Positions 44,796 to 57,500 of a stretch of DNA of 64,000 nt are shown piece after piece. Each line of letters opens with the position of its first letter. Positions within the stretch are counted from its first letter, which is position 1. The notes beneath the pieces were generated by a model. It did no database searches. It was given only the letters and a program-made list of their open reading frames with translations, and was not told where the DNA came from. The position numbers and the translations under genes are program-made. Source of the DNA: Macrostomum lignano (lineage: Eukaryota); contig NIVC01001067.1 in assembly GCA_002269645.1 (NCBI GenBank), positions 93,287 through 157,286 of the forward strand. Reading direction: 5' to 3'.

Positions 44796-45300
44796 AGTAC
44801 TTCACCCGCCAGCTAAAAAATTCACACCCCCGGCTTGGTCCCGGGCGCCAGCATCGGTCAAAAACCTGTCAGGGTATCTCGCCCGCGCGGTCCCTGCAGC
44901 TTGAGCAGCAGCACCTCGTGCAGCGGCGAAGCGTCCAGCTGCCTCTCCAAAGCGTCCGTCAGGGTCCATGTCTCGGCGTTGTACAACAGGACAGTCTCAA
45001 CGACTGCCTGGAACAGTCGAGCTCTGAGCCCGTCATCCAGGGCTTCAGAATGGAGCACGGAACGCACAGAACGAAAAACGGCCCAAGTCAGTCCTCGTCG
45101 TCTCACCAGGTCGTCGGCAACGTCCGGCACAAGACCACCGAAGTACAGGAACCGCTGGCAACGGGTAAGCATTATTGCATCCCCGGCAGCGTCTCGGTAG
45201 TTGATCTCGGCAGGCAGGTCGGAGGGCACCGTGAAGACTACCGTCTTCCGCACGTTCAGCATGAAGCCGACTTGCTGATTTCAGCATGAAGCCGTCATCA
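44795..45300 (-). mobile_element. Internally deleted 3' fragment of an RTE-like LINE
   Basis: Translation FLYFGG..DDLVRRRGLTWAVF..RARLFQAVVETVLLYNAETWTLT..ERQLDA matches the post-RT region of RTE-clade elements. Confidence 0.8.
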
Positions 45301-45384
45301 GCACCCAATCTAGTTCCAGCACAAACAGGAAAGGCGCGAGTTTTTGTTGGTGAGTTCGTTAGTGAGCTTATTATTGAATCCGTT

Positions 45385-45685
45385 CATGAGTGAGTTCATG
45401 AGTGAGTTCATGAGTGAGTTCATGAGTGATTTCATGAGTGATTTCATGAGTGATTTCATGAGTGATTTCATGAGTGAGTTCATGAGTGATTTCATGAGTG
45501 AGTTCATGAGTGAGTTCATGAGTGAGTTTATGAGTGAGTTCATGAGTGAGTTCATGAGTGAGTTCATGAGTGATTTCATGAGTGAGTTCATGAGTGAGTT
45601 TATGAATGAGTTCATGAGTGAGTTCATGAATGAGTTCATGAGTGAGTTCATGAATGAGTTCATGAGTGAGTTCATGAGTGAGATC
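45385..45685. repeat. 12-bp minisatellite (ATGAGTGAGTTC)n, reverse complement of the 32130-32655 family
   Basis: Directly visible. Confidence 0.96.
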
Positions 45686-46597
45686 TTGAGTTGATTAGCA
45701 GCTTGGTGAGTAGCTTTATTCGTACTGACATGGCTACTCAAAGTTCGGTTCCATGTTATCCAAATTAATACATTTTTGGATAGCAACCCTGATTTGGGCA
45801 GCAACCCTGTCTCTGCTACTGTGTTTCACTATAACAATTTTAATCGTACTTTACAGACACGGCCGAAAACTATGCATACAAATGAAACCGGTAAGAAAAA
45901 ATCGCAATATTTGTTTAAAATTCAACCATGGTAACCCTATATTTGTTATACCAAATGAGCTTGGGTCATTAAAATGCACATGAAAATTCAGAAGACGACT
46001 GCAGTTAATTTTTATCAGTTATCTCAGCAACAAGGTACATATGTTTAAATGTCAGATTAGAAATTTTCACGAGACCTAAGTTACATATTGGTTGCTTAGC
46101 GCTCACGTGATTTCGTAGATGAGAACATGTTTTATGTCATGCGAGTACGATGCAGTATGTAATATTCAATTATTTCAGTAAAATTTTGTTTTTCTCTTGT
46201 TAAATATGCAGTAAGCTGTGAAAAGCTGTACTTTTCTTAATTTAGTTGGTTAAGCTCGGACCATGCAAATTTATAAATTTATGCGACAGCTGAGCCTTCA
46301 GAATCGGTTTCCATCATGATAAATAAATGATCTCCTCCTTCTCACCGGTATCTATGAGGTCCAGTTAGAAATTAAGCACAATGTGCTCTGTCTGTCACTA
46401 ACTAATACAGACTACTTATGTTTCCTATAAATATGTGTTTAAAAGCCTACTATCCTGAGCGGGTTAAGTAGTGAAGAGCAGTTTTTAAAGTCTGTTATTC
46501 AATCCTCATAATAAACTTCAAAACTGTTGCCCTGCAAATAAAATTATATTGTCAAATACTTGTAGCGTAAAATTATGAGGTGGATTAATGGCAAACC

Positions 46598-47080
<483 letters not shown>

Positions 47081-47846
47081 AATTTTCTCAAATTATCTGT
47101 GACGTGAGAATACCATCTGGTAGAAATATTTACAGGCAGACCCAAAGTCGCCCAGAACTTTAAGTGCCGTAGGTCTTTAAAAATAGCCTGAATCTTCAAC
47201 CAAGCTTTTTGAGGCCCTTTCCGACTTGAGTAGCTCTATGTGCCTGTGTACATGATCAGTCCCTAAGCGCAGGCCAATGTGATAGTGGAGCAGGACTCTT
47301 AAGAAGGTTGGACAAATACACAGCAAAATGAGCAGTACGACTCGGGTAATATATATCCCCCTCCCCAGGTGAGCCGTCACACCGCTAAGATTGCTTCTTT
47401 CAGAAACCGCGCCGCTGACCTCTCCGCTCCGCCCCTATCAGCCCTCCGCTCCGCTATCTGCAGACCCGCCTACAGTTTTTAATTAGCGAGTGGGCCTTGA
47501 AGTCCAACTAGCAGTTTTTTACCTGTGTGTGGAAGAGGAGAGAGAGAGAGAATGAATCGACAACACATAGCGATTGAGACAAATGCTAAAAAATAAGGAT
47601 TTGTTCTCGAGCAAGTGGCCTGTCTCTTTTGACTCAAAAGCACCTCTGATTTTTCGCTAAGTGGTGCTTCAGAAGTTGCGCACTGTCTAATCTGCCTAAT
47701 CTGAGGTCCGCTTCAATTTCTTATTTGCTCACAGCAGTCACTACGACTTGTAATGGACGCTTTGCTAGCTCCACCAGACGGCAGTGCTGACCTGAACACT
47801 GACGGCTCCACCGCGGCTGACCACTTCTCTGCTCTGGTGGTAAGAC

Positions 47847-48120
<274 letters not shown>

Positions 48121-48644
48121 TTAGGATCTCCTATTCCGCAGTGAGTAGCGGATGCAGCGCCCACTACAAGATGAAAGCTAAGAGCAGTTTGGCCAAACGG
48201 AAGTGCATTAAATATTTGCTAAGTCATATTCCACTCCTAGGGAAGCTGTCTAGAGATGAGGGATCATTATTTGTGCCGAGAGGCCACACAGGGCAAAGCT
48301 AGCGGGGCTATTCTTGAGCTCAGCAAACAGGATCAATTAGATGCCTGTTTGATGGCGGTCAGGCAGTCAGAGATGACTAAGAGAGGCAAATTGCGTATAT
48401 TTGTAAGTTTCCGCAACACGGACCTTATTTTCGCCAGATTAATGATTAATGAGCTGACAGCTTTGCGGCAGATTAAGTCAATAATCAGCTTGAATCTTTA
48501 TTGGCTTGTCTTGTCTTTGCGGCGGGAGTATAAAGCAAATATGTAGTATATTGAGTAGAATTTCTAGTATTACCGAAATTTATAATTATTTTAGCTTTAG
48601 TAAACATAATGTATTTGGTGCTGGAATGTATCTTTTGTTCCTAG

Positions 48645-48825
48645 ATCGGAAATCCCCAAATCCTCAGAGATCCCGAATTCCCAGAAATCCCAAATGCTTA
48701 GAGATTTCAAAACCTCAGATATCCCTAAATCCTCAGAGATCCCAAATCCTCAGAGATCCCAAATTCTCAGAGATCCCAACTCCTCAGAGATCCCAAATCC
48801 TCAGAGATACCAAATATTCCAGAAA
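48645..48825. repeat. ~17-bp repeat (GATCCCAAATCCTCAGA)n upstream of Nkx2.2
   Basis: About 10 degenerate units. Confidence 0.85.
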
Positions 48826-49059
48826 ACTACCCGACGAACAATCTCATAACTGATAATTATTATAATTTACGTCAATCATAGCTCATGGAAGAAATATTTC
48901 CCGAAAACGCTTTCAAATCCAAAGGACGAAGCGGGCGGATTCACCTCAGCTGCGTCAACCAGCGTGCTATCCGAGCATCACATTTTGTTAAAACGCGATC
49001 CAAGAAGTTCCGGCTTTGGCTGCGTTGACTTTTATGAAGACCGCGGCAACAGCGACGCC

Positions 49060-51230
49060 ATGGCAGTCAGGAGTTCGCCGTCCCAGCAGCAGCAGCAGCA
49101 GCGCGGTGGCAGCGCGTCATTTTCGATGCGCAACATCCTTGCAGAGACTGCAGCCACTTCTACCTCGGATTCAAATGAATTTCAAAGCCGTCCGATGCAC
49201 AGTCAGTTGCAGGGACACCTGTATCTGAGGCCAGGTAACTCCGAGATTGGGTGTTGAAACCTGAGGATCGAAAGTCGACAGTACATGTATGGCCTTAAGA
49301 CTGGAATCATTTGACCGTAGGATCTTTGAACAGTAGGATCTTTGGACAGTAGGATCTTTGGACAGTAGGATCTTTGGACAGTAGGATCTTTGTACTGTGA
49401 GATCTTTGGACTGTGGGATCTTTGGACTGTGGGATCTTTGTACTGTGGGATCTTTGAAGTGTGGGATCTTTGGACTCTGGATCTTTGTACTGTGGGATCT
49501 TTGGAGTGTTGATCTTTGTACTGTGGGATCTTTGGACTGTGGGATCTTTAGACTGTGGGATCTTTGGACTGTGGGATTTTGGACTGTAGGATTTTGGACA
49601 GTGGGATCTTTGGACTGTGGGATCTTTGGACTGTGGGATCTTTGGACTATCTGATTTGCAAGCTTCAAAAACTTGCAACCATTTACAACTTCAATCTTCA
49701 ACAGCTCCAGACGAAGCCTCTTTTGTCTATCAGCAGCACCAGCAGCCTCAAACGGCAGTCATGCAGCAGCAGCACCAGTACGAGCGGTATGCTTACCAGC
49801 ATCAGCTGGAACAGCCACAGTACTCAGGCCAGCATCATCAGCATCAGCTACTCCGCCATCAGTCTTTGCAAGACTACACACCCATTTGGAACTCATTTCG
49901 ACCTCGAATCCAGCAGTATCATCAGCCGTCGACATCTCGACAGCATCCCAGTCTGAATTCCAGAAGCTGCCGTCGGCAGATCAATTTGTCTTCAGATTCT
50001 CCTGACACCTCCGTCGGTGCCGCAGCTGTCTTGATCGCCGCTTCCGATGAAGCCGAAGATGAAGAACTGGGCGAGGACCAGGACGCGGCAGTGGACATTG
50101 ACTCCGCCGCCGGTGTCGGCGACAGCGCTGAGGCGAGCGGATCGAGGAAACGGAAGCGGCGGGTGCTGTTCACGAAGCAACAGACCTACGAGCTGGAGCG
50201 ACGATTCCGTCAGCAGAGGTACCTGTCGGCACCCGAGAGGGAGAGCCTGGCCAGGTGCATCAACTTGTCGGCGACTCAGGTGAGCCCTCCTACTGACTGT
50301 TGGCTGTGAATGTTCCACGAGATGTCCTCATTCACCAATATGTTCTGAGACATGTCCCCATTCACCAATATGTTCTGAGACATGTCCCCATTCACCAATC
50401 TTTTCTGAGACATGTCCTCATTAACCAATATGTTCTGAGACATGTCCTCATTCACCAATCTTTTCTGAGACATGTCCTCATTAACCAATATGTTCTGAGA
50501 CATGTCCCCATTCACCAATCTTTTCTGAGACATGTCCTCATTCACCAATATGTTCTGAGACATGTCCTCATTCACCAATATGTTCTGAGACATGTCCTCA
50601 TTCACCAATATGTTCTGAGACATGTCCCCATTCACCAATATGTTCTGAGACATGTCCTCATTCACCAATATGTTCTGAGACATGTCCTCATTCACCAATA
50701 TGTTCTGAGAGATTTCCTCATTTACCAATCTGTTCTGAGAGATGTCATCATTCACCGAGCTGTTCAGAGAGACTGTGAGATCCCGCCCGCTCGCCCGCCA
50801 GGTGAAGATCTGGTTCCAGAATCATCGCTACAAGATGAAGCGCGCCCAAGCTGAGAAAGGCCAGCAGCCGGAGCCGCTAGCGCCAGTCATGAAACGAGCG
50901 GCAGCCTCTGCTGCGGTGGCCGGCATGATGGCTTCTGACATGAAGCAGCAGCAGCAGCAGCAGCAGCCGCAGCATCAGTACCAGCACTATCATCTGCCAC
51001 TACCAGCTGCTGTTGTATCGACACCTGTAGCGACTCCCAGCATCCATCATCAGCCTCATCAGTATCAGCAAAATTTTCAACAATTTTATCACCAGCCACA
51101 GCAGCCACAGCAGCAGCAGCAGCAGCAGCAGTCGCATCTTGCTAGTTATGCTACGGGATTTAGCGATAGTCCTTACGGAGCTTTTGTCCAGCCTCATCAT
51201 ATTCATCATCATCATTTTCCGCGATTATAA
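49060..51230 (+). CDS. NKX2-2: NK2 homeobox protein, Nkx2.2/vnd type, 3 exons, ~392 aa
   Basis: Exons 49060-49234, 49705-50279, 50802-51230. TN/eh1 motif FSMRNIL; homeodomain [32 protein letters not shown]|[14 protein letters not shown] with NK2-diagnostic Tyr54 and the Nkx2.2-type [13 protein letters not shown], followed by A-x-AEKG. Confidence 0.92.
49312..49650. repeat. 16-bp minisatellite (GATCTTTGGACTGTGG)n in Nkx2.2 intron 1
   Basis: About 20 units visible. Confidence 0.94.
50320..50780. repeat. 30-bp minisatellite (TCCTCATTCACCAATATGTTCTGAGACATG)n in Nkx2.2 intron 2
   Basis: About 15 units visible. Confidence 0.96.
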
Positions 51231-51527
51231 CTATTCCGCGAACTGTTGTGTAATGCTTTCTCAACACAGTGCTTGATTTGCGTCGGTTAACTTAATTTTT
51301 ATTTCGGTATACTTTTTTTTGCTCGAACAAACGAGTTAAAAATCGCTGATATACACAAAGTGAAATTTCACTTCGAGAGTTGAATTCCAAATAGAGTTGA
51401 TATGAACACAAGTGTGTTAAAGTTTTGCAATAATTATTCCAACACGGAAATATTGATTTTAACTGATTGGGTTTGACTAATGGTCCAGAGTTTCGTGCGG
51501 GACGGAATTCAATAATATAAAAAGCTC

Positions 51528-54500
51528 TGACCAAGAGACAGAGCGCCCACCAAGAGACAGGAGGCGCCCAACAGGAGGCGCCCACCAAGAGACAGGACGC
51601 GCCCACCAAGAGACAGCTAGGGGCGTCCACCAAGAGACAGGGGCGCCCAACAAGAGACAGGGGCGCCCACGAACAGACAGGGGCGCCCACCAAGAAACAG
51701 GGGCGCCCACCAAGAGACAGGGGCGCCCACCAAGAGACAGAGCGCCCACCAAGAGACAGGGCCGCCCACCAAGAGACAGAAGGTGCCCACTAAGAGACAG
51801 GAGGCGCCCACCAAGAGACAGAGCGCCCACCAAGAGACAGGGCGCCCACCAAGAGACAGCTAGGGGCGTCCACCAAGAGACAGGAGGCGCCCACCAAGAG
51901 ACAGGGGCGCCCACCAAGAGACAGGGCCGCCCACCAAGAGACAGAATGTGCCCACCAAGAGACAGGAGGCGCCCACCAAGAGACAGCTAGGGGCGTCCAC
52001 CAAGAGACAGGGGCGCCCACCAAGAGCCAGGGGCGCCCACGAAGAGACAGGGGCGTCCACCAAGAGACAGAGCGCCCACCAAGAGACAGGAGGCGCCCAA
52101 CAGGAGGCGCCCACCAAGAGACAGGACGCGCCCACCAAGAGACAGCTAGGGGCGTCCACCAAGAGACAGGGGCGCCCAACAAGAGACAGGGGCGCCCACG
52201 AAGAGACAGGGGCGCCCACCAAGAGACAGAAGGTGCCCACCAAGAGACAGGAGGCGCCCACCAAGAGACAGAGCGCCCACCAAGAGACAGGGCGCCCACC
52301 AAGAGACAGCTAGGGGCGTCCACCAAGAGACAGGAGGCGCCCACCAAGAGACAGGGGCGCCCACCAAGAGACAGGGGCACCCACCAAGAGACAGGGCCGC
52401 CAACCAAGAGACAGAATGTGCCCACCAAGAGACAGGAGGCGCCCACCAAGAGACAGCTAGGGGCGTCCACCAAGAGACAGGGGCGCCCACCAAGAGCCAG
52501 AGCGCCCACCAAGAGACAGGGCGACCACCAAGAGACAGGGGCGCCCACCAAGAGACAGGGCCGCCCACCAAGAGACAGAAGGTGCCCACCAAGAGACAGG
52601 AGGCGCCCACCAAGAGACAGGGCGCCCACCAAAAGACAGGGGCGCCCACCAAGAGACAGGGGCGCCTACCAAGAGACAGGGCCGCCCACCAAGAGACAGA
52701 ATGTGCCCACCAAGAGACAGGAGGCGCCCACCAAGAGACAGCTAGGGGCGTCCACCAAGAGACAGGGCCGCCAACCAAGAGACAGGGGCGCCCACCAAGA
52801 GACAGGGCGCCCACCAAGAGACAGCTAGGGGCGTCCACCAAGAGACATGAGGCGCCCACCAAGAGACAGGAGGCGCCCACCAAGAGACAGGGGCGTCCAC
52901 CAAGAGACAGGGCCGCCCACCAAGAGACAGAATGTGCCCACCAAGAAACAGGGCGCCCACCAAGAGACAGCTAGGGGCGTCCACCAAGAGACAGAGCGCC
53001 CACCAAGAGACAGGGCCGCCCACCAAGAGACAGAAGGTGCCCACCAAGAGACAGGAGGCGCCCACCAAGAGACAGAGCGCCCACCAAGAGACAGGGCGCC
53101 CACCAAGAGACAGCTAGGGGCGTCCACCAAGAGACAGGAGGCGCCCACCAAGAGACAGGAGGCGCCCACCAAGAGACGGGGGCGCCCACCAAGAGACAGG
53201 GGCGCCCACCAAGAGACAGGGGCGTCCACCAAGAGACAGGGCCGCCCACCAAGAGACAGAATGTGCCCACCAAGAGACAGGGCGCCCACCAAGAGACAGC
53301 TAGGGGCGTCCACCAAGAGACAGGGGCGCCCACCAAGAGCCAGGGGCGCCCACGAAGAGACAGGGGCGTCCACCAAGAGACAGGGGCGCCCACCAAGAGA
53401 CAGAATGTGCCCACCAAGAGACAGGAGGCGCCCAACAGGAGGCGCCCACCAAGAGACAGGACGCGCCCACCAAGAGACAGCTATGGGCGTCCACCAAGAG
53501 ACAGGGGCGCCCACGAAGAGACAGGGGCGCCCACCAAGAAACAGGGGCGCCCACCAAGAGACAGGGGCGCCCACCAAGAGACAGAGCGCCCACCAAGGGA
53601 CAGGGCCGCCCACCAAGAGACAGAAGGTGCCCACCAAGAGACAGGAGGCGCCCACCAAGAGACAGAGCGCCCACCAAGAGACAGGGCGCCCACCAAGAGA
53701 CAGCTAGGGGCGTCCACCAAGAGAGAGGAGGCGCCCACCAAGAGACAGGGGCGCCCACCAAGAGACAGGGGCGCCCACCAAGAGACAGGGCGACCACCAA
53801 GAGACAGGAGGCGCCCACCAAGAGACAGGAGGCGCCCACCAAGAGACAGCTAGGGGCGTCCACCAAGAGACAGGGGCGCCCACCAAGAGCCAGAGCGCCA
53901 ACCAAGAGACAGGGCGACCACCAAGAGACAGGAGGCGCCCACCAAGAGACAGGGGCGCCCACCAAGAGACAGAATGTGCCCACCAAGAGACAGGAGGCGC
54001 CCACCAAGAGACAGCTAGGGGCGTCCACCAAGAGACAGGGGCGCCCACCAAGAGCCAGAGCGCCCACCAAGAGACAGAATGTGCCCACCAAGAGACAGGA
54101 GGCGCCCACCAAGAGACAGCTAGGGGCGTCCACCAAGAGACAGGGGCGCCCACCAAGAGCCAGAGCGACCACCAAGAGACAGGGCGACCACCAAGAGACA
54201 GGAGGCGCCCACCAAGAGACAGGGCGTCCACCAAGAGACAGGAGGCGCCCACCAAGAGACAGGGGCGTCCACCAAGAGACAGGGCGCCCACCAAGAGACA
54301 GCTAGGGGCGTCCACCAAGAGACAGGAGGCGCCCACCAAGAGACGGGGGCGCCCACCAAGAGACAGGGGCGCCCACCAAGAGACAGGGCCGCCCACCAAG
54401 AGACAGGGGCGCCCACCAAGAGACAGGGCGCCCACCAAGAGACAGCTAGGGGCGTCCACCAAGAGACAGAGCGCCCACCAAGAGACAGGGCCGCCCACCA

Positions 54501-57500
54501 AGAGACAGGGCCGCCCACCAAGAGACAGAAGGTGCCCACCAAGAGACAGAGCGCCCACCAAGAGACAGGGCGTCCACCAAGAGACAGCTAGGGGCGTCCA
54601 CCAAGAGACAGGGGCGTCCACCAAGAGACAGAGCGCCCACCAAGAGACAGGAGGCGCCCAACAGGAGGCGCCCACCAAGAGACAGGACGCGCCCACCAAG
54701 AGACAGCTAGGGGCGTCCACCAAGAGACAGGGGGGCCACCAAGAGACAGGAGGCGCCCACCAAGAGACAGCTAGGGGCGTCCACCAAGAGACAGGGCCGC
54801 CCACCAAGAGACAGGGGCGCCCACCAAGAGACAGGGCGCCCACCAAGAGACAGCTAGGGGCGTCCACCAAGAGACAGGAGGCGCCCACCAAGAGACGGGG
54901 GCGCCCACCAAGAGACAGGGGCGCCCACCAAGAGACAGGAGGCGCCCACCAAGAGACAGGGGCGTCCACCAAGAGACGGGGCCGCCCACCAAGAGACAGG
55001 AGGCGCCCACCAAGAGACAGCTAGGGGCGTCCACCAAGAGACAGGAGGCGCCCACCAAGAGACAGGGGCGCCCACCAAGAGACAGGGCGCCCACCAAGAG
55101 ACAGCTAGGGGCGTCCACCAAGAGACTTGAGGCGCCCACCAAGAGACGGGGGCGCCCACCAAGAGACAGGGGCGCCCACCAAGAGACAGGAGGCGCCCAC
55201 CAAGAGACAGGGGCGTCCACCAAGAGACAGGGCCGCCCACCAAGAGACAGAATGTGCCCACCAAGAGACAGGGCGCCCACCAAGAGACAGCTAGGGGCGT
55301 CCACCAAGAGACAGAGCGCCCACCAAGAGACAGGGCCGCCCACCAAGAGACAGAAGGTGCCCACCAAGAGACAGGAGGCGCCCACCAAGAGACAGAGCGC
55401 CCACCAAGAGACAGGGCGCCCACCAAGAGACAGCTAGGGGCGTCCACCAAGAGACAGGAGGCGCCCACCAAGAGACAGGGGCGCCCACCAAGAGACAGGG
55501 GCGCCCACCAAGAGACAGGGCCGCCCACCAAGAGACAGAATGTGCCAACCAAGAGACACGAGGCGCCCACCAAGAGACAGCTAGGGGCGTCCACCAAGAG
55601 ACAGGGGCGCCCACCAAGAGCCAGGGGCGCCCACGAAGAGACAGGGGCGTCCACCAAGAGACAGGGGCGCCCACCAAGAGACAGAATGTGCCCACCAAGA
55701 GACAGGAGGCGCCCAACAGGAGGCGCCCACCAAGAGACAGGACGCGCCCACCAAGAGACAGCTAGGGGCGTCCACCAAGAGACAGGGGCGCCCACCAAGA
55801 GACAGGGGCGCCCACGAAGAGACAGGGGCGCCCACCAAGAAACAGGGGCGCCCACCAAGAGACAGGGGCGCCCACCAAGAGACAGAGCGCCCACCAAGGG
55901 ACAGGGCCGCCCACCAAGAGACAGAAGGTGCCCACCAAGAGACAAGAGGCGCCTACCAAGAGACAGAGCGCCCACCAAGAGACAGGGCGCCCACCAAGAG
56001 ACAGCTAGGGGCGTCCACCAAGAGACAGGAGGCGCCCACCAAGAGACAGGGGCGCCCACCAAGAGACAGGGGCGCCCACCAAGAGACAGGGGCGCCCACC
56101 AAGAGACAGGGCGCCACCAAGAGACAGAATGTGCCCACCAAGAGACAGGAGGCGCCCACCAAGAGACAGCTAGGGGCGTCCACCAAGAGACAGGGGCGCC
56201 CACCAAGAGCCAGGGGCGCCCACGAAGAGACAGGGGCGTCCACCAAGAGACAGAGCGCCCACCAAGAGACAGGAGGCGCCCAACAGGAGGCGCCCACCAA
56301 GAGACAGGACGCGCCCACCAAGAGACAGCTAGGGGCGTCCACCAAGAGACAGGGGCGCCCACAAGAGACAGGGGCGCCCACGAAGAGACAGGGGCGCCCA
56401 CCAAGAGACAGGGGCGCCCACCAAGAGACAGGGGCGCCCACCAAGAGACAGAGCGCCCACCAAGAGACAGGGCCGCCCACCAAGAGACAGAAGGTGCCCA
56501 CCAAGAGACAGGAGGCGCCCACCAAGAGACAGAGCGCCCACCAAGAGACAGGGCGCCCACCAAGAGACAGCTAGGGGCGTCCACCAAGAGACAGGAGGCG
56601 CCCACCAAGAGACAGGGGCGCCCACCAAGAGACAGGGGCACCCACCAAGAGACAGGGCGCCCACCAAGAGACAGCTAGGGGCGTCCACCAAGAGACAGGA
56701 GGCGCCCACCAAGAGACGGGGGCGCCCACCAAGAGACAGGGGCGCCCACCAAGAGACAGGGCGCCCACCAAGAGACAGGGGCGTCCACCAAGAGACAGGG
56801 CGCCCACCAAGAGACAGCTAGGGGCGTCCACCAAGAGACAGAGCGCCCACCAAGAGACAGGGCCGCCCACCAAGAGACAGGGCGCCCACCAAGAGACAGA
56901 AGGGCCCACCAAGAGACAGAGCGCCCACCAAGAGACAGGGCGTCCACCAAGAGACAGCTAGGGGCGTCCACCAAGAGACAGGGGCGTCCACCAAAGACAG
57001 AGCGCCACCAAGAGACAGGAGGCGCCCAACAGGAGGCGCCCACCAAGAGACAGGACGCGCCCACCAAGAGACAGCTAGGGGCGTCCACCAAGAGACAGGG
57101 GGGCCACCAAGAGACAGGAGGCGCCCACCAAGAGACAGCTAGGGGCGTCCACCAAGAGACAGGGCCGCCCACCAAGAGACAGGGGCGCCCACCAAGAGAC
57201 AGGGCGCCCACCAAGAGACAGCTAGGGGCGTCCACCAAGAGACAGGAGGCGCCCACCAAGAGACGGGGGCGCCCACCAAGAGACAGGGGCGCCCACCAAG
57301 AGACAGGAGGCGCCCACCAAGAGACAGGGGCGTCCACCAAGAGACGGGGCCGCCCACCAAGAGACAGGAGGCGCCCACCAAGAGACAGCTAGGGGCGTCC
57401 ACCAAGAGACAGGAGGCGCCCACCAAGAGACAGGGGCGCCCACCAAGAGACAGGGCGCCCACCAAGAGACAGCTAGGGGCGTCCACCAAGAGACAGGCGC

